A DNA stretch of 61,526 bases from Chthoniobacterales bacterium (GTDB lineage Bacteria > Verrucomicrobiota > Verrucomicrobiia > Chthoniobacterales > Chthoniobacteraceae), in NCBI GenBank assembly GCA_038325425.1, contig JBBQIZ010000001.1, positions 1-61,526 on the forward strand, given 5' to 3'. The notes under the pieces were generated by a model. That model made no database searches. It worked only from the letters and a program-made list of their open reading frames with translations, and was not told where the DNA came from. Numbering within the stretch: position 1 is the stretch's first letter; each line of letters starts with the position of its first letter. A program made the position numbers and the translations under genes. Shown here in pieces: positions 28,001 to 36,855 of this stretch.

Positions 28001-28843
28001 CTAGCGCTGCACGCGCACGCCCTTGTTATCCGCCCAGGTGATGATGCTCCGCATGCCCGGCAGGCCGGTCGCCTCGATCATCGCGGACGACACCTGCGCC
28101 GCGTTTTCCAAGGTCACGCAGCAAATCGTTGAACCGCTGCCGCTCAGGAAACCGCCGAGCGCGCCGGCCGTTTCGCCCGCCGCGATCACCCGGCTCAGAA
28201 AAGGGATTAGTTCCTTCTCGCGATAAGGCTGATGCAGAAAGTCCGTGAACGCGCCGCGCAGCAGCTCGTAGTGGCGCGAAGCAAACGCCGCAGTGATGCG
28301 ACAGGCATTGGCACAGCTCTGCGCCGCCTCCAGTCGATCGAGCTGCGCCGGCAGCACGCGTCGCGCAGCCGGCGTCGAGACTTCAAAATCCGGGATCAGC
28401 AACACGAAGCGCAGCTCCGGCGCGACTTCGAAACGCGCCACCTCGGCTCCGCCGGCGACCGTGAACCCACCGAACGCCCCCGGCGCAGCATTGTCCGGAT
28501 GCCCCTCCAATTCCGCGCATAGATGAAAGAGCCGCCGCGCCTCGAGCGGGCGACCGCAGAGTGCATTCAGCCCATGCAGCAAGCCCAGTCGCACCGTCAC
28601 ACTACTCCCCAGACCGCGCGACCGCGGCACCTCTCCGGCCACAGTGCAGGTGAATGGAAATGGCTCCAGCCCGGAGGTCGCGAAAAACTTCTCCCCCACG
28701 GCACCCATCATCGGCTGATCCACCGCCACCTTGGCGCGCGCCACGGTGACGCGATTGTAGAGCTGCAACGCCACGCCCAGGCAGTCGTAGCCCGGGCCGA
28801 GATTGGCGGTCGTCGCCGGAACGCGGATCGTGATCTTGTTCAT
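28001..28843 (-). CDS. thrB: Homoserine kinase
   Basis: VPATTANLGPGYDCLG, PRSRGLGSS, EGHPDN, LSGSGST. Confidence 0.95.
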   Translation of the reverse strand: MNKITIRVPATTANLGPGYDCLGVALQLYNRVTVARAKVAVDQPMMGAVGEKFFATSGLEPFPFTCTVAGEVPRSRGLGSSVTVRLGLLHGLNALCGRPLEARRLFHLCAELEGHPDNAAPGAFGGFTVAGGAEVARFEVAPELRFVLLIPDFEVSTPAARRVLPAQLDRLEAAQSCANACRITAAFASRHYELLRGAFTDFLHQPYREKELIPFLSRVIAAGETAGALGGFLSGSGSTICCVTLENAAQVSSAMIEATGLPGMRSIITWADNKGVRVQR

Positions 28844-28925
28844 CAGTCTCGCGAGTCTCGCGGGGCGCAAGGTGTCGGGTCAACTGCGAGTTCGGCCCGA
28901 CCGACCGCCACCTCACCGGAACCGC

Positions 28926-29156
28926 TTACTCGATGATTTCCAACTGCGCCTTTTCGCCATGCCGCGCCGCGCTGGCCGCGAGCAGATTGCGGATCGCGAT
29001 GATCGTCAGGCCGTGTTTGCCGATGACCTTGCCGATATCGCTCTGGCGGAGCTTGAGGAGGAAAGTCGTGCGCTTGTGGTCCTCATGCCGGGTCAGCGTC
29101 ATGTCCTCGGGATAATCGATGAGCAGTGGAATGACGTGTTGGAGAAATTCCTGCAT
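28926..29156 (-). CDS. khpA: KH-domain RNA-binding protein KhpA
   Basis: LIDYPED, DIGKVIGKHGLTIIAIRNLL; downstream of rpsP as is typical. Confidence 0.88.
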   Translation of the reverse strand: MQEFLQHVIPLLIDYPEDMTLTRHEDHKRTTFLLKLRQSDIGKVIGKHGLTIIAIRNLLAASAARHGEKAQLEIIE

Positions 29157-29425
29157 GCGCGGTGGCATATCGACTCCGCGCCCAAATAGCGAGCCTTTGC
29201 TTTGGCCGACGCTTCCCCGCCAGCGCAGGCCAGTCCTTTCCGGAAGACGAAGATGCCTGCGGCCCCGGGGCTCCAAGTCAGTACGCGCGCTGTGCCCAAG
29301 CGAGGGCTTGAGCACAGGAAATTTGCGGACCCGGCACCGATCTGCCGGTTTTTTGGACTGCTCGCCGATCTGGAAGCCGGCGGCGTTTCAGAGCAAGATG
29401 GCCACCGCAAAGGCGGCCCGCGGTC

Positions 29426-29683
29426 TTAGGCGGCGGCAACTTCCTTCTTGCGCGCCTTCTTGATGATGCTGCGCACAGTGTCAGAAGGGCGGGCGCCGTT
29501 CTTGATCCAGTAGTCGATGCGGGAGAGATCGACGTTGGAGTTGTCGCCGGGCTTCTTCGGATCGTAGTTGCCGACGAGTTCGATGAACTTGCCGTCGCGC
29601 GGACTGCGCTGATCGGCGACGACGACTTTGTAATACGGTTTGTTGAGGTTGCCTTCGCGGCGAAGGCGGATGCTGACGGCCAT
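29426..29683 (-). CDS. rpsP: 30S ribosomal protein S16
   Basis: MAVSIRLRREG, PYYKVVVADQRSPRDGKFIE, GNYDP, GARPSDTV. Confidence 0.97.
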   Translation of the reverse strand: MAVSIRLRREGNLNKPYYKVVVADQRSPRDGKFIELVGNYDPKKPGDNSNVDLSRIDYWIKNGARPSDTVRSIIKKARKKEVAAA

Positions 29684-29730
29684 GGTCTTGTGGTTTCTGT
29701 TAACTAGGGATTGGGTTGATCGGGAAATTC

Positions 29731-31068
29731 TTACTGTTTCGGCAAGCCGAAGCGGGCGGCGGCGCCGGGGCGCGCCATCATCTGCTTCATCTTGCCCATG
29801 TTCTTCATCATCTTCCGCATCTGGCCGAAGCGGTTGAGAAGATCGTTTACTTCGGTGACGGTCACCCCGCTGCCGCGGGCGATGCGCTGGCGGCGGCGGG
29901 CATTCAAAATGTCCGGTTTGGTCCGCTCGGCGAGGGTCATGGAAAGCACTATGGCTTCGACCCGCTTCATCTGTTTTTCGTCAACCGAAAAGTCCTTGAG
30001 GTTACCCATGCCGGGGAGCATGCCAAGGATATTTTCCAAGGGGCCCAGCTTCTTGAGCATCTTGAACTGGGCGAGAAAGTCGTTCAGGTCGAACGAAGCA
30101 GTGCGCATTTTCTCCTCCATGCGCTTGGCTTCGTCTTCGTCGATCGCCGCGGCGGCCTTTTCCACAAGGCCGACGATGTCGCCCATGCCGAGGATGCGGC
30201 CCGCGAGGCGATCGGGGTAAAAAGGCTCAAACTGGTCGAGCTTTTCGCCGATGCCGGCAAATTTGATCGGCCGCTTCGTGACCTCGCGCATCGAGAGCGC
30301 CGCGCCACCGCGAGCGTCGCCGTCGAGTTTGGTCAGGATGAGACCGGTGATGTTGAGGGCTTCGTGAAAATGGGTGGCCACGCTGACCGCCTGCTGGCCG
30401 GTGGCGGAGTCGGCGACGAGCAGCGTCTCCTGCGGCAGGAGGAAGTCGCGAAGGGCTTTGATCTCCGCAATCAGCGCTTCATCGATCTCTTGGCGGCCGG
30501 CGGTGTCGTAAATCTGGACGTTTCCTTGTTGTTCCCTGGCCCATTCAACGGCGAGTTTGCCAACTTTGAGGACATCCTTTTCGCCGACTGGCGGGACGAA
30601 CACGGGGACGCCAATCTGTTTTCCGAGCTGGACGAGTTGCTCGATGGCCGCCGGACGGTGCAAATCGCAGGCGATGAGGAGCGGCGCGCGGCCCTCTTTC
30701 TTCAACCATGCGGCGAGTTTCGCCGACGAGGTAGTTTTGCCCGCGCCGTTCAGGCCGACCATCAGGATGCGCGCGGGCTTTTCGAGATTGAGCGGTTCAT
30801 TGTCGCCGCCGAGAAGGGCAGTCAGCTCATCGTGGAAGATTTTGACGATTTGCTGACCCGGGTGCACGCCGCGGAGCACTTCCTCGCCCATCGCCTTGTC
30901 TTTAACCCGGGCGATGAATCCCTTGGCCACGCTGAACTCCACGTCCGCCTCAAGCAGCGCCATCCGCACCGCGCGCATGGCGTCGGTGATATTCGTCTCC
31001 GTGATCTTCCCATGACCACGCAGGTCTTTGAAGACGTCCTGGAGCTTGTCGGCGAGCAGTGAAAACAT
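29731..31068 (-). CDS. ffh: Signal recognition particle protein
   Basis: ALLEADV, GLNGAGKTT, DTAGR, TKLDGDARGG, RILGMGD, Met-rich C-terminal M domain. Confidence 0.97.
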   Translation of the reverse strand: MFSLLADKLQDVFKDLRGHGKITETNITDAMRAVRMALLEADVEFSVAKGFIARVKDKAMGEEVLRGVHPGQQIVKIFHDELTALLGGDNEPLNLEKPARILMVGLNGAGKTTSSAKLAAWLKKEGRAPLLIACDLHRPAAIEQLVQLGKQIGVPVFVPPVGEKDVLKVGKLAVEWAREQQGNVQIYDTAGRQEIDEALIAEIKALRDFLLPQETLLVADSATGQQAVSVATHFHEALNITGLILTKLDGDARGGAALSMREVTKRPIKFAGIGEKLDQFEPFYPDRLAGRILGMGDIVGLVEKAAAAIDEDEAKRMEEKMRTASFDLNDFLAQFKMLKKLGPLENILGMLPGMGNLKDFSVDEKQMKRVEAIVLSMTLAERTKPDILNARRRQRIARGSGVTVTEVNDLLNRFGQMRKMMKNMGKMKQMMARPGAAARFGLPKQ

Positions 31069-31151
31069 GGGAAGCGGGCGCGCAGACTAGCGCAGAATCA
31101 GCGCTTGTCGAGGGCGGGAACGCGGCGCCCGCTCAACCGCTCAACCACCGC

Positions 31152-32420
31152 TCAACGCTTCTTCCGAGCGGGCAGCTCGGCCGCCGGATCCGCAGGGGCC
31201 GAGGCCCCGTCAGGATTGAAGGTGAACGACCAGCGGGTTTCGACCGGCCGCCCCTTCGACTTCGCGCCGACGATGACGGTATAACCTCCGGGCCGGAGGG
31301 GATTCGGGACGGTGTAGCTGAGGTTCTTGCTCGCTTCATTGTATTGCGCCTCGACGGCTCCGAGGCCGCTGACGCGCATGACAATGCTGCCCGCATCGAG
31401 CGCGCCCATGGTGGCGAGGTTCACCTTAAGCGTCGGTGTCGGGTTGGTGATGACTTCGCCATTGAGCGGTTCGGTGATGGTCGAAACCGCGGCGTCCTGC
31501 GCCATCACCGGCGCTCCGCCGGGCGCGGCCATCCCTTGGAAGGAAATCGCGACGGTGAACGAGTCGGTGCCGCGGGCATCCTTGGTGGTCACGTCGTAGC
31601 GCCCGAGGGTCATGGCATCGGTGGTCATGCCGAGACGCGCGCCGTAGGTCGTGAAAGCTGCTTCGTAACCGGCGGCACGGACCGCGGCGTGCACTTTGTC
31701 GTTATGCAGTCCAAAGGGATAAGCGAGGGTGGCGCACTTGATGCCGAGTTTCTCCTCGATGACCTGCTTCGAGCGTTCCAGTTCGTCTTTCAACCACGTC
31801 TCGTAATCGCCCGCGCCTTTGGAGGGCTTCCGGCGCAGATCCTGGTGGGAAACGGTGTGGCTGCCAATGTCCACCCCGGCGTCGCGCATCTCGGCGAGTT
31901 GCGACCAGGTGACCGATTTACCGCCCTTCTCGATGTAGTTTAGATAAACGTACATCGTGAAAGGGTAGCCGTATTTTTTTAACAAAGGCCAGCCGACGTC
32001 GTAGCCCGAGACATAGCCGTCATCGATGGTGATGACGACGCTTTTTGGCGGGATGTTTTTCTCCCCGCGGCGCCACGCGAGGAAATCCTGCATGGAAACA
32101 ACCTCCGCCCCGGATTCTTTGATTTTTTGCAACTGCTGCTCAAAGAGCGCCGGCTCGATGGACAACGCACCGCCCGCTTTGCCTTCCAGGCGGTGATAAC
32201 AAAGGACGACGACCTGCGCCCGGGTATCGATCGCCGGCGGCGGCGGTTCGACCGGAGCTCCAGGTTCGGCAACGACCGGCTCCGCGACCGCCACAGGTAC
32301 GGGCTCCGGCGTCGCCTCTGCCACCGGCTTTTTCTTCAGGTTCTTCAGGCCGGGAATTTTGTCGCAACCAGCAAAGGGCAGCGTGAGAGCGAGGAGGAGC
32401 AGGGCGATTTTCCGAGTCAT
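31152..32420 (-). CDS. Polysaccharide deacetylase (CE4/NodB) lipoprotein with C-terminal beta-rich domain
   Basis: Lipobox FAGC; VLCYH, TIDDGY, GSHTVSH, LAYPFG. Confidence 0.88.
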   Translation of the reverse strand: MTRKIALLLLALTLPFAGCDKIPGLKNLKKKPVAEATPEPVPVAVAEPVVAEPGAPVEPPPPAIDTRAQVVVLCYHRLEGKAGGALSIEPALFEQQLQKIKESGAEVVSMQDFLAWRRGEKNIPPKSVVITIDDGYVSGYDVGWPLLKKYGYPFTMYVYLNYIEKGGKSVTWSQLAEMRDAGVDIGSHTVSHQDLRRKPSKGAGDYETWLKDELERSKQVIEEKLGIKCATLAYPFGLHNDKVHAAVRAAGYEAAFTTYGARLGMTTDAMTLGRYDVTTKDARGTDSFTVAISFQGMAAPGGAPVMAQDAAVSTITEPLNGEVITNPTPTLKVNLATMGALDAGSIVMRVSGLGAVEAQYNEASKNLSYTVPNPLRPGGYTVIVGAKSKGRPVETRWSFTFNPDGASAPADPAAELPARKKR

Positions 32421-32491
32421 AAAACGGTCGATTCAGTGAAGTGGGAAAAGATACAGTTTGGAGTGCGCGTGGAAAGGGCGAAGCGCGCCGC

Positions 32492-33790
32492 CTACGATTC
32501 GATTCCCAGCTTGCGGAAGGTCGCATCGACATGCGCAAAGTGAATGTCGAGCGAACACAGATTTTCGATTTCTTCCCGGGTCAGCACGGCGGCGACTTCC
32601 GGCTCGGCAGCCAGATTTTCCTGCAGCGAAATGTCGCCCTGCCACGTTTTCATGGCCGCGCGCTGCACTGCTTCGTAGGCCGTTTTGCGTTCGAGCCCGC
32701 GCGCGGTCAGCTTGAGCAGGATCGTCTGGCTGAAATAGAGACCCTTGGTGATACGCAGGTTGCGCTCCATGTTTTCGGGATAGACGAGCAGGCGATCCAC
32801 GAGTTTCCGGAGCAGGACGAGCATGTAATCCACGAGGATCGTTGAGTCCGGCATGATGATCCGCTCGACCGACGAGTGGGAAATATCGCGCTCGTGCCAG
32901 AGCGGGATGTTCTCCAGCGCGGCCATGGCGTTGCCTCGGACGACCCGGGCGAGCCCGCTGAGCTTTTCGCCAGTAATCGGGTTGCGTTTGTGCGGCATCG
33001 CCGAACTGCCTTTCTGCCCCACCGAGAAATACTCTTCCACTTCGAGCACTTCAGTCCGCTGCAGATGGCGGAATTCCGTCGCCCAGCGGTCGATGCTCGA
33101 CGCAATGATCGCCAGCACGGTTTGAAATTCCGCGTGCCGGTCGCGCTGCAACACCTGCGTGCTCAGCGCCGCCGCCTTCAGATTCAACCGCTCGCAGACC
33201 CGCTCCTCGACCTGAGGATCGAGATGCGCGTGGGTGCCGACCGCTCCGCTCAGCTTGCCGACCCGGAGGCGCGGCTGCGCTTCTTCCAATCGGTCCAGCG
33301 CGCGGCCGAACTCATCCCACATCAGCGCCAGTTTCAGTCCAAAGGTAATCGGCTCCGCGTGGATGCCGTGGCTGCGGCCGATCATCGGCGTGTGTTTAAA
33401 TTCAATCGCTCGCCGGGCGATCACCTCGCGCAACTCCTTCAAATCCTTCAACAGGAGGTCCGAAGCCTCGGCCATTTGCACTGCAAGCGTGGTATCGAGC
33501 ACATCGCTCGAAGTCATCCCCTGGTGCATCCAGCGGCAGGCCGGCCCGACGTAGCTCGCCACATTTTCAAGAAACGCGATCACGTCGTGATTGGTCCGTA
33601 ATTCGATTTCTTCGATCTCCTTCAGATCAAATTTCGCCTTCGCTCGGATCGTTTCCGCGTCTTCCTTCGGGATCACCCCGATCTCCGCCTGCGCTTCACA
33701 GGCGAGCGTCTCGATTTCGAGCCAGATTTCGTATTTGCGCTGATCCGCCCAGATGGCGGCCATTTCGGGTCGGGTGTATCGTTCAATCAC
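32492..33790 (-). CDS. purB: Adenylosuccinate lyase
   Basis: GTG 33790 IERYTRPEM; HDVIAF, TSSD, GRSHGIHAEP, GSSAMPHKRNP, WHERDISHSSVER. Confidence 0.96.
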   Translation of the reverse strand: MIERYTRPEMAAIWADQRKYEIWLEIETLACEAQAEIGVIPKEDAETIRAKAKFDLKEIEEIELRTNHDVIAFLENVASYVGPACRWMHQGMTSSDVLDTTLAVQMAEASDLLLKDLKELREVIARRAIEFKHTPMIGRSHGIHAEPITFGLKLALMWDEFGRALDRLEEAQPRLRVGKLSGAVGTHAHLDPQVEERVCERLNLKAAALSTQVLQRDRHAEFQTVLAIIASSIDRWATEFRHLQRTEVLEVEEYFSVGQKGSSAMPHKRNPITGEKLSGLARVVRGNAMAALENIPLWHERDISHSSVERIIMPDSTILVDYMLVLLRKLVDRLLVYPENMERNLRITKGLYFSQTILLKLTARGLERKTAYEAVQRAAMKTWQGDISLQENLAAEPEVAAVLTREEIENLCSLDIHFAHVDATFRKLGIES

Positions 33791-33960
33791 CCGGCGGACG
33801 CTAAGGGTGGCGGCGCGATTGAAAAAGGAAAACTTCCTCGTGTTCTCCGACAACCCTTCGGAAGAAAAACTTGCCCCGCCTCCAACTCGGAAGTCGGCGA
33901 CGGGACTTGGTAAAGTTTTGGCAATACCGCTCCCAGCGTCCGGGAAGTATTTCGGACCGC

Positions 33961-34140
33961 TTAGACCACGCGAGCGCGGATCTTTCGGCCATGACTGCTC
34001 AGCCGGACCCGACCGCTTTCGAGCAGGTCAGCGACGGCGGCGACGGTTTCGCGGTTGTTCTTCGAGTAGCTGCTGACCGCCATGATCAAGTCGCCCAAGC
34101 TGTAGTTGGCGCGCGCGGATTTTTTGAGATTCTTTTTCAT
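33961..34140 (-). CDS. Small basic hypothetical protein (59 aa)
   Basis: ATG 34140: MKKNLKKSARANYSLGDLIMAVSSYSKNNRETVAAVADLLESGRVRLSSHGRKIRARVV. Host-like codons; own promoter motif upstream. Confidence 0.7.
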   Translation of the reverse strand: MKKNLKKSARANYSLGDLIMAVSSYSKNNRETVAAVADLLESGRVRLSSHGRKIRARVV

Positions 34141-34178
34141 AGGATTTGGGTGGTGATTGCTGCTTTCAACATTGATTA

Positions 34179-34194
34179 AGCAGCCGTTGTGCCA
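34179..34194 (-). promoter_or_regulatory. Sigma-54 (-24/-12) promoter candidate
   Basis: The minus strand reads TGGCACAACGGCTGCT, with the GG and GC dinucleotides at the exact TGGCAC-N5-TTGC spacing, 38 bp upstream of the 59-aa ORF. Confidence 0.65.
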
Positions 34195-34397
34195 CGTCAT
34201 AATTAGGAACGTGTATTCTGGGTAAATAGACGCGCTCCACGGCGAAAAAGTTCAATCTTTCCGCTCCATCTCCCGACACTTGTGTCCACGAATTGACACC
34301 CCTTGTCGCTCCGTTCAGGGGGACTGTGTCACCGCGGCGCCACCACCTGAAGAAGCGTTGCCCAAGCGCCTTGTTCGCAGTATTCCATCGGCCCCTG

Positions 34398-36170
34398 ATG
34401 TCCCTCTATCGCCGCGTGATCGACTATTATCGGCCCGACTTCGGACCGACCGCCGCCGCGATGGCTCTCACGCTCCTCGCGAACGCCTTCAACGTCCTCC
34501 GCCCGTGGCCGCTCGCCTACATCGTGGATCAGGTGCTGCCGCGCGCGCCACGGACGCCGCACGGGCTGACGCTCGGCGGCTACGATCTCGGCGCGTGGAG
34601 CCTGCCCACGATCATCGCCACGGTTTGTTCGCTGATGGTGATCTTCCACCTCCTCGCCAGCGGCATCGGCTACGTGGTGAATGTCATCACCATCCGCGCC
34701 GGGTTGCACGGCCTCATGCGATTGCGTACCCAGCTCTACGCCTACCTGCATTCGCTGCCGCTGAAATATCACGATCAGCGCCGCAGCGCGGACAGCAGCT
34801 TCCGCGTCGCCTACGATTCGCAAAGCATTCAGGCGTTTTACAGCAAAGGCTTCTTCATCTTCCAGAGCGCCATCTCGCTGGTCACCACCTTCGCGGCGAT
34901 GTGGTATTTTTCCTGGTCGATCGCGCTGCTCTCGCTCGGCGTCGTCCCGCTCATGATGCTCGTCATCTACTTCTACGCGAAACGCATCCGCGACCAATCG
35001 ACCGCCTTCGCCGAGAAGGAAAGCGCGGTCCTCACCGTCGCGCAGGAAGGGCTGAGTTCGATCAAGATGGTTCAGGCATTCGGCCGTGAGGACGACGAAG
35101 TGCAGCAGTTTCACACCAGCGCCCGCGAAAGCCTCGAATCCAATCTCCGGCTCAACGCCACCTCGATGAAAAGCGCCCTGATCGTCGGCACGCTCATCGC
35201 CGCCAGTTCGGCCGCGATGTATTACTTCGGCGCGGTCCAAGTCCTCGACGGAAAACTCACCGTCGGCCAGATCTGGTATCTCTCGACGCTCCTGCTGATG
35301 CTCTACCAGCCGCTCGAAGCGCTCACCCACATCGCGTGGGCCTTCCAAGGCGCGGCGGCCGGCGCAACGCGTTGTTTCGAGGTGCTCGACAAGGAAAACG
35401 ACGTTCCCGACGCGCCGGACGCCAAGGCCCTCGCCACCTGCCGCGGCGCGGTCGTCTTTGAAAACGTGGCCTTTGGCTATAACAGCGAGCGGGAGATCCT
35501 GCATGACGTGAATCTCCGCCTCGATCCGGGCCAGACCGTCGCTTTCGTCGGCGGCACCGGCGCGGGAAAATCCACGCTCCTCTCGCTCGTCCCGCGATTC
35601 TACGATCCGACGCTTGGCCGGGTACTGATCGACGGCCACGACCTTCGCGCGATCACCAAAAAATCCCTGCGCGACCACATCAGCATCGTCCTTCAGGACA
35701 CCCTGCTTTTCTCGACCACGATCCGCGAAAACATCGCCTACGGCCGTCCCGACGCCAGCGAAGCGGAGATCATCGAAGCCGCCCAGCGTGCGCAGGCCCA
35801 CGAGTTCATCATGGCCATGCCCGGAGGTTACCGCAGCCAGGTCGGCGAGCGCGGCGGACACCTCAGCGTCGGGCAGCGCCAGCGCCTCGGCATCGCCCGC
35901 GCTTTCTTGAAAAACGCCCCGATCCTCATCCTCGATGAACCAACGAGCGCGCTCGACCCGACAACCGAAGCGGCGATCATGCAGACCATCGAGGAACTCA
36001 TGCGCGGGCGGACCACGCTGATCATCACCCACCGCATCGCCACCGTGCATGGCGTGGATAAAATCGTGGTCCTCGCCAAGGGCACGATCGCCGAAGAAGG
36101 GCGCGGCGATGAATTAGTCGCCCGCGACGGCGTCTATGCCTCGCTCCACCGCTCCGCAAATCTCCACTGA
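34398..36170 (+). CDS. ABC exporter, fused TMD-NBD half-transporter
   Basis: Multiple TM helices; GGTGAGKS, LSVGQRQR, ILILDE, THR. Confidence 0.93.
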   Translation: MSLYRRVIDYYRPDFGPTAAAMALTLLANAFNVLRPWPLAYIVDQVLPRAPRTPHGLTLGGYDLGAWSLPTIIATVCSLMVIFHLLASGIGYVVNVITIRAGLHGLMRLRTQLYAYLHSLPLKYHDQRRSADSSFRVAYDSQSIQAFYSKGFFIFQSAISLVTTFAAMWYFSWSIALLSLGVVPLMMLVIYFYAKRIRDQSTAFAEKESAVLTVAQEGLSSIKMVQAFGREDDEVQQFHTSARESLESNLRLNATSMKSALIVGTLIAASSAAMYYFGAVQVLDGKLTVGQIWYLSTLLLMLYQPLEALTHIAWAFQGAAAGATRCFEVLDKENDVPDAPDAKALATCRGAVVFENVAFGYNSEREILHDVNLRLDPGQTVAFVGGTGAGKSTLLSLVPRFYDPTLGRVLIDGHDLRAITKKSLRDHISIVLQDTLLFSTTIRENIAYGRPDASEAEIIEAAQRAQAHEFIMAMPGGYRSQVGERGGHLSVGQRQRLGIARAFLKNAPILILDEPTSALDPTTEAAIMQTIEELMRGRTTLIITHRIATVHGVDKIVVLAKGTIAEEGRGDELVARDGVYASLHRSANLH

Positions 36171-36172
36171 TC

Positions 36173-36242
36173 TCTTAATCTTATTCATGCTCTTACGCTT
36201 ACTCTCCAACGGCTGAGATTAAGAAAAAGAGCAGGAGTAAGA
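36173..36242. repeat. Imperfect hairpin built from TCTTAN-type hexamers
   Basis: Left arm TCTTAA TCTTAT TCATGC TCTTAC GCTTAC TCTC. The right arm, reverse-complemented, is TCTTAC TCCTGC TCTTTT TCTTAA TCTC. Confidence 0.65.
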
Positions 36243-36258
36243 ACCGCCACCTCTCCAA

Positions 36259-36855
36259 ATGACCAACGTCCTCCCCGACCGCCGCATCGAACACGACTGG
36301 ACCACTCGCCAGATCCCGCCCAACGTCACTTGGGGAGACGGCTTCTACTGCGAAAGTGCGCAGTCCTTCCTGCACTTTAAAGGCAAACGCGAACCGGCCG
36401 TCGAGATCGGCGAACATGTCTCCATCTACGCCGCTTCGCAGTTCGCCGTCGCCGAAAATGGGCATGTCAAAATCGGCAATTTCACCCTCCTCGTCGGCGC
36501 GCTGCTGACCTGTGAGACGAGTATCGAAATCGGCTCACACTGCCTGATCTCATGGGGCACTGGCATCGCCGATTCCGACTTCCATCCCGTCGCCGCCGCC
36601 CAGCGTCGCATCGACGCGGAAGCGCTCGCCCCATTCTACGAAGGCAAACCCGCGCGCCCGCTCGAGGCCGTGAAAGCGCGACCGGTGAAGATCGGCAACA
36701 ACGTCTGGATCGGCATGAACGCCATCATCCTTAAAGGCGTGGCGATCGGCGATAACTCGATCATCGCCGCCGGCGCGGTCGTCACGAAAAACGTCCCGCC
36801 GAACACTGTCGTCGCCGGCAATCCCGCGCGTTTCGCCAAGCGCCTCGCGGAATGA
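36259..36855 (+). CDS. Hexapeptide-repeat (left-handed beta-helix) acyltransferase
   Basis: DSDFHP, PVKIGNNVWIGMNAIILKGVAIGDNSIIAAGAVVTKNVP, VAGNPAR. Confidence 0.9.
   Translation: MTNVLPDRRIEHDWTTRQIPPNVTWGDGFYCESAQSFLHFKGKREPAVEIGEHVSIYAASQFAVAENGHVKIGNFTLLVGALLTCETSIEIGSHCLISWGTGIADSDFHPVAAAQRRIDAEALAPFYEGKPARPLEAVKARPVKIGNNVWIGMNAIILKGVAIGDNSIIAAGAVVTKNVPPNTVVAGNPARFAKRLAE

Noticed and set aside
29200-29300. Possible SRP RNA (ffs) near ffh because of a CCGGAAG stem-loop
   Set aside because: It lacks the helix-8 CAGG...GGAA...AGCAG consensus arrangement on either strand.
32457-32495. TTTGGAGTGCGCG motif resembling a REP half-site (similar TTTTGGACTGC near 29351)
   Set aside because: No complementary arm nearby; too short and degenerate to support.
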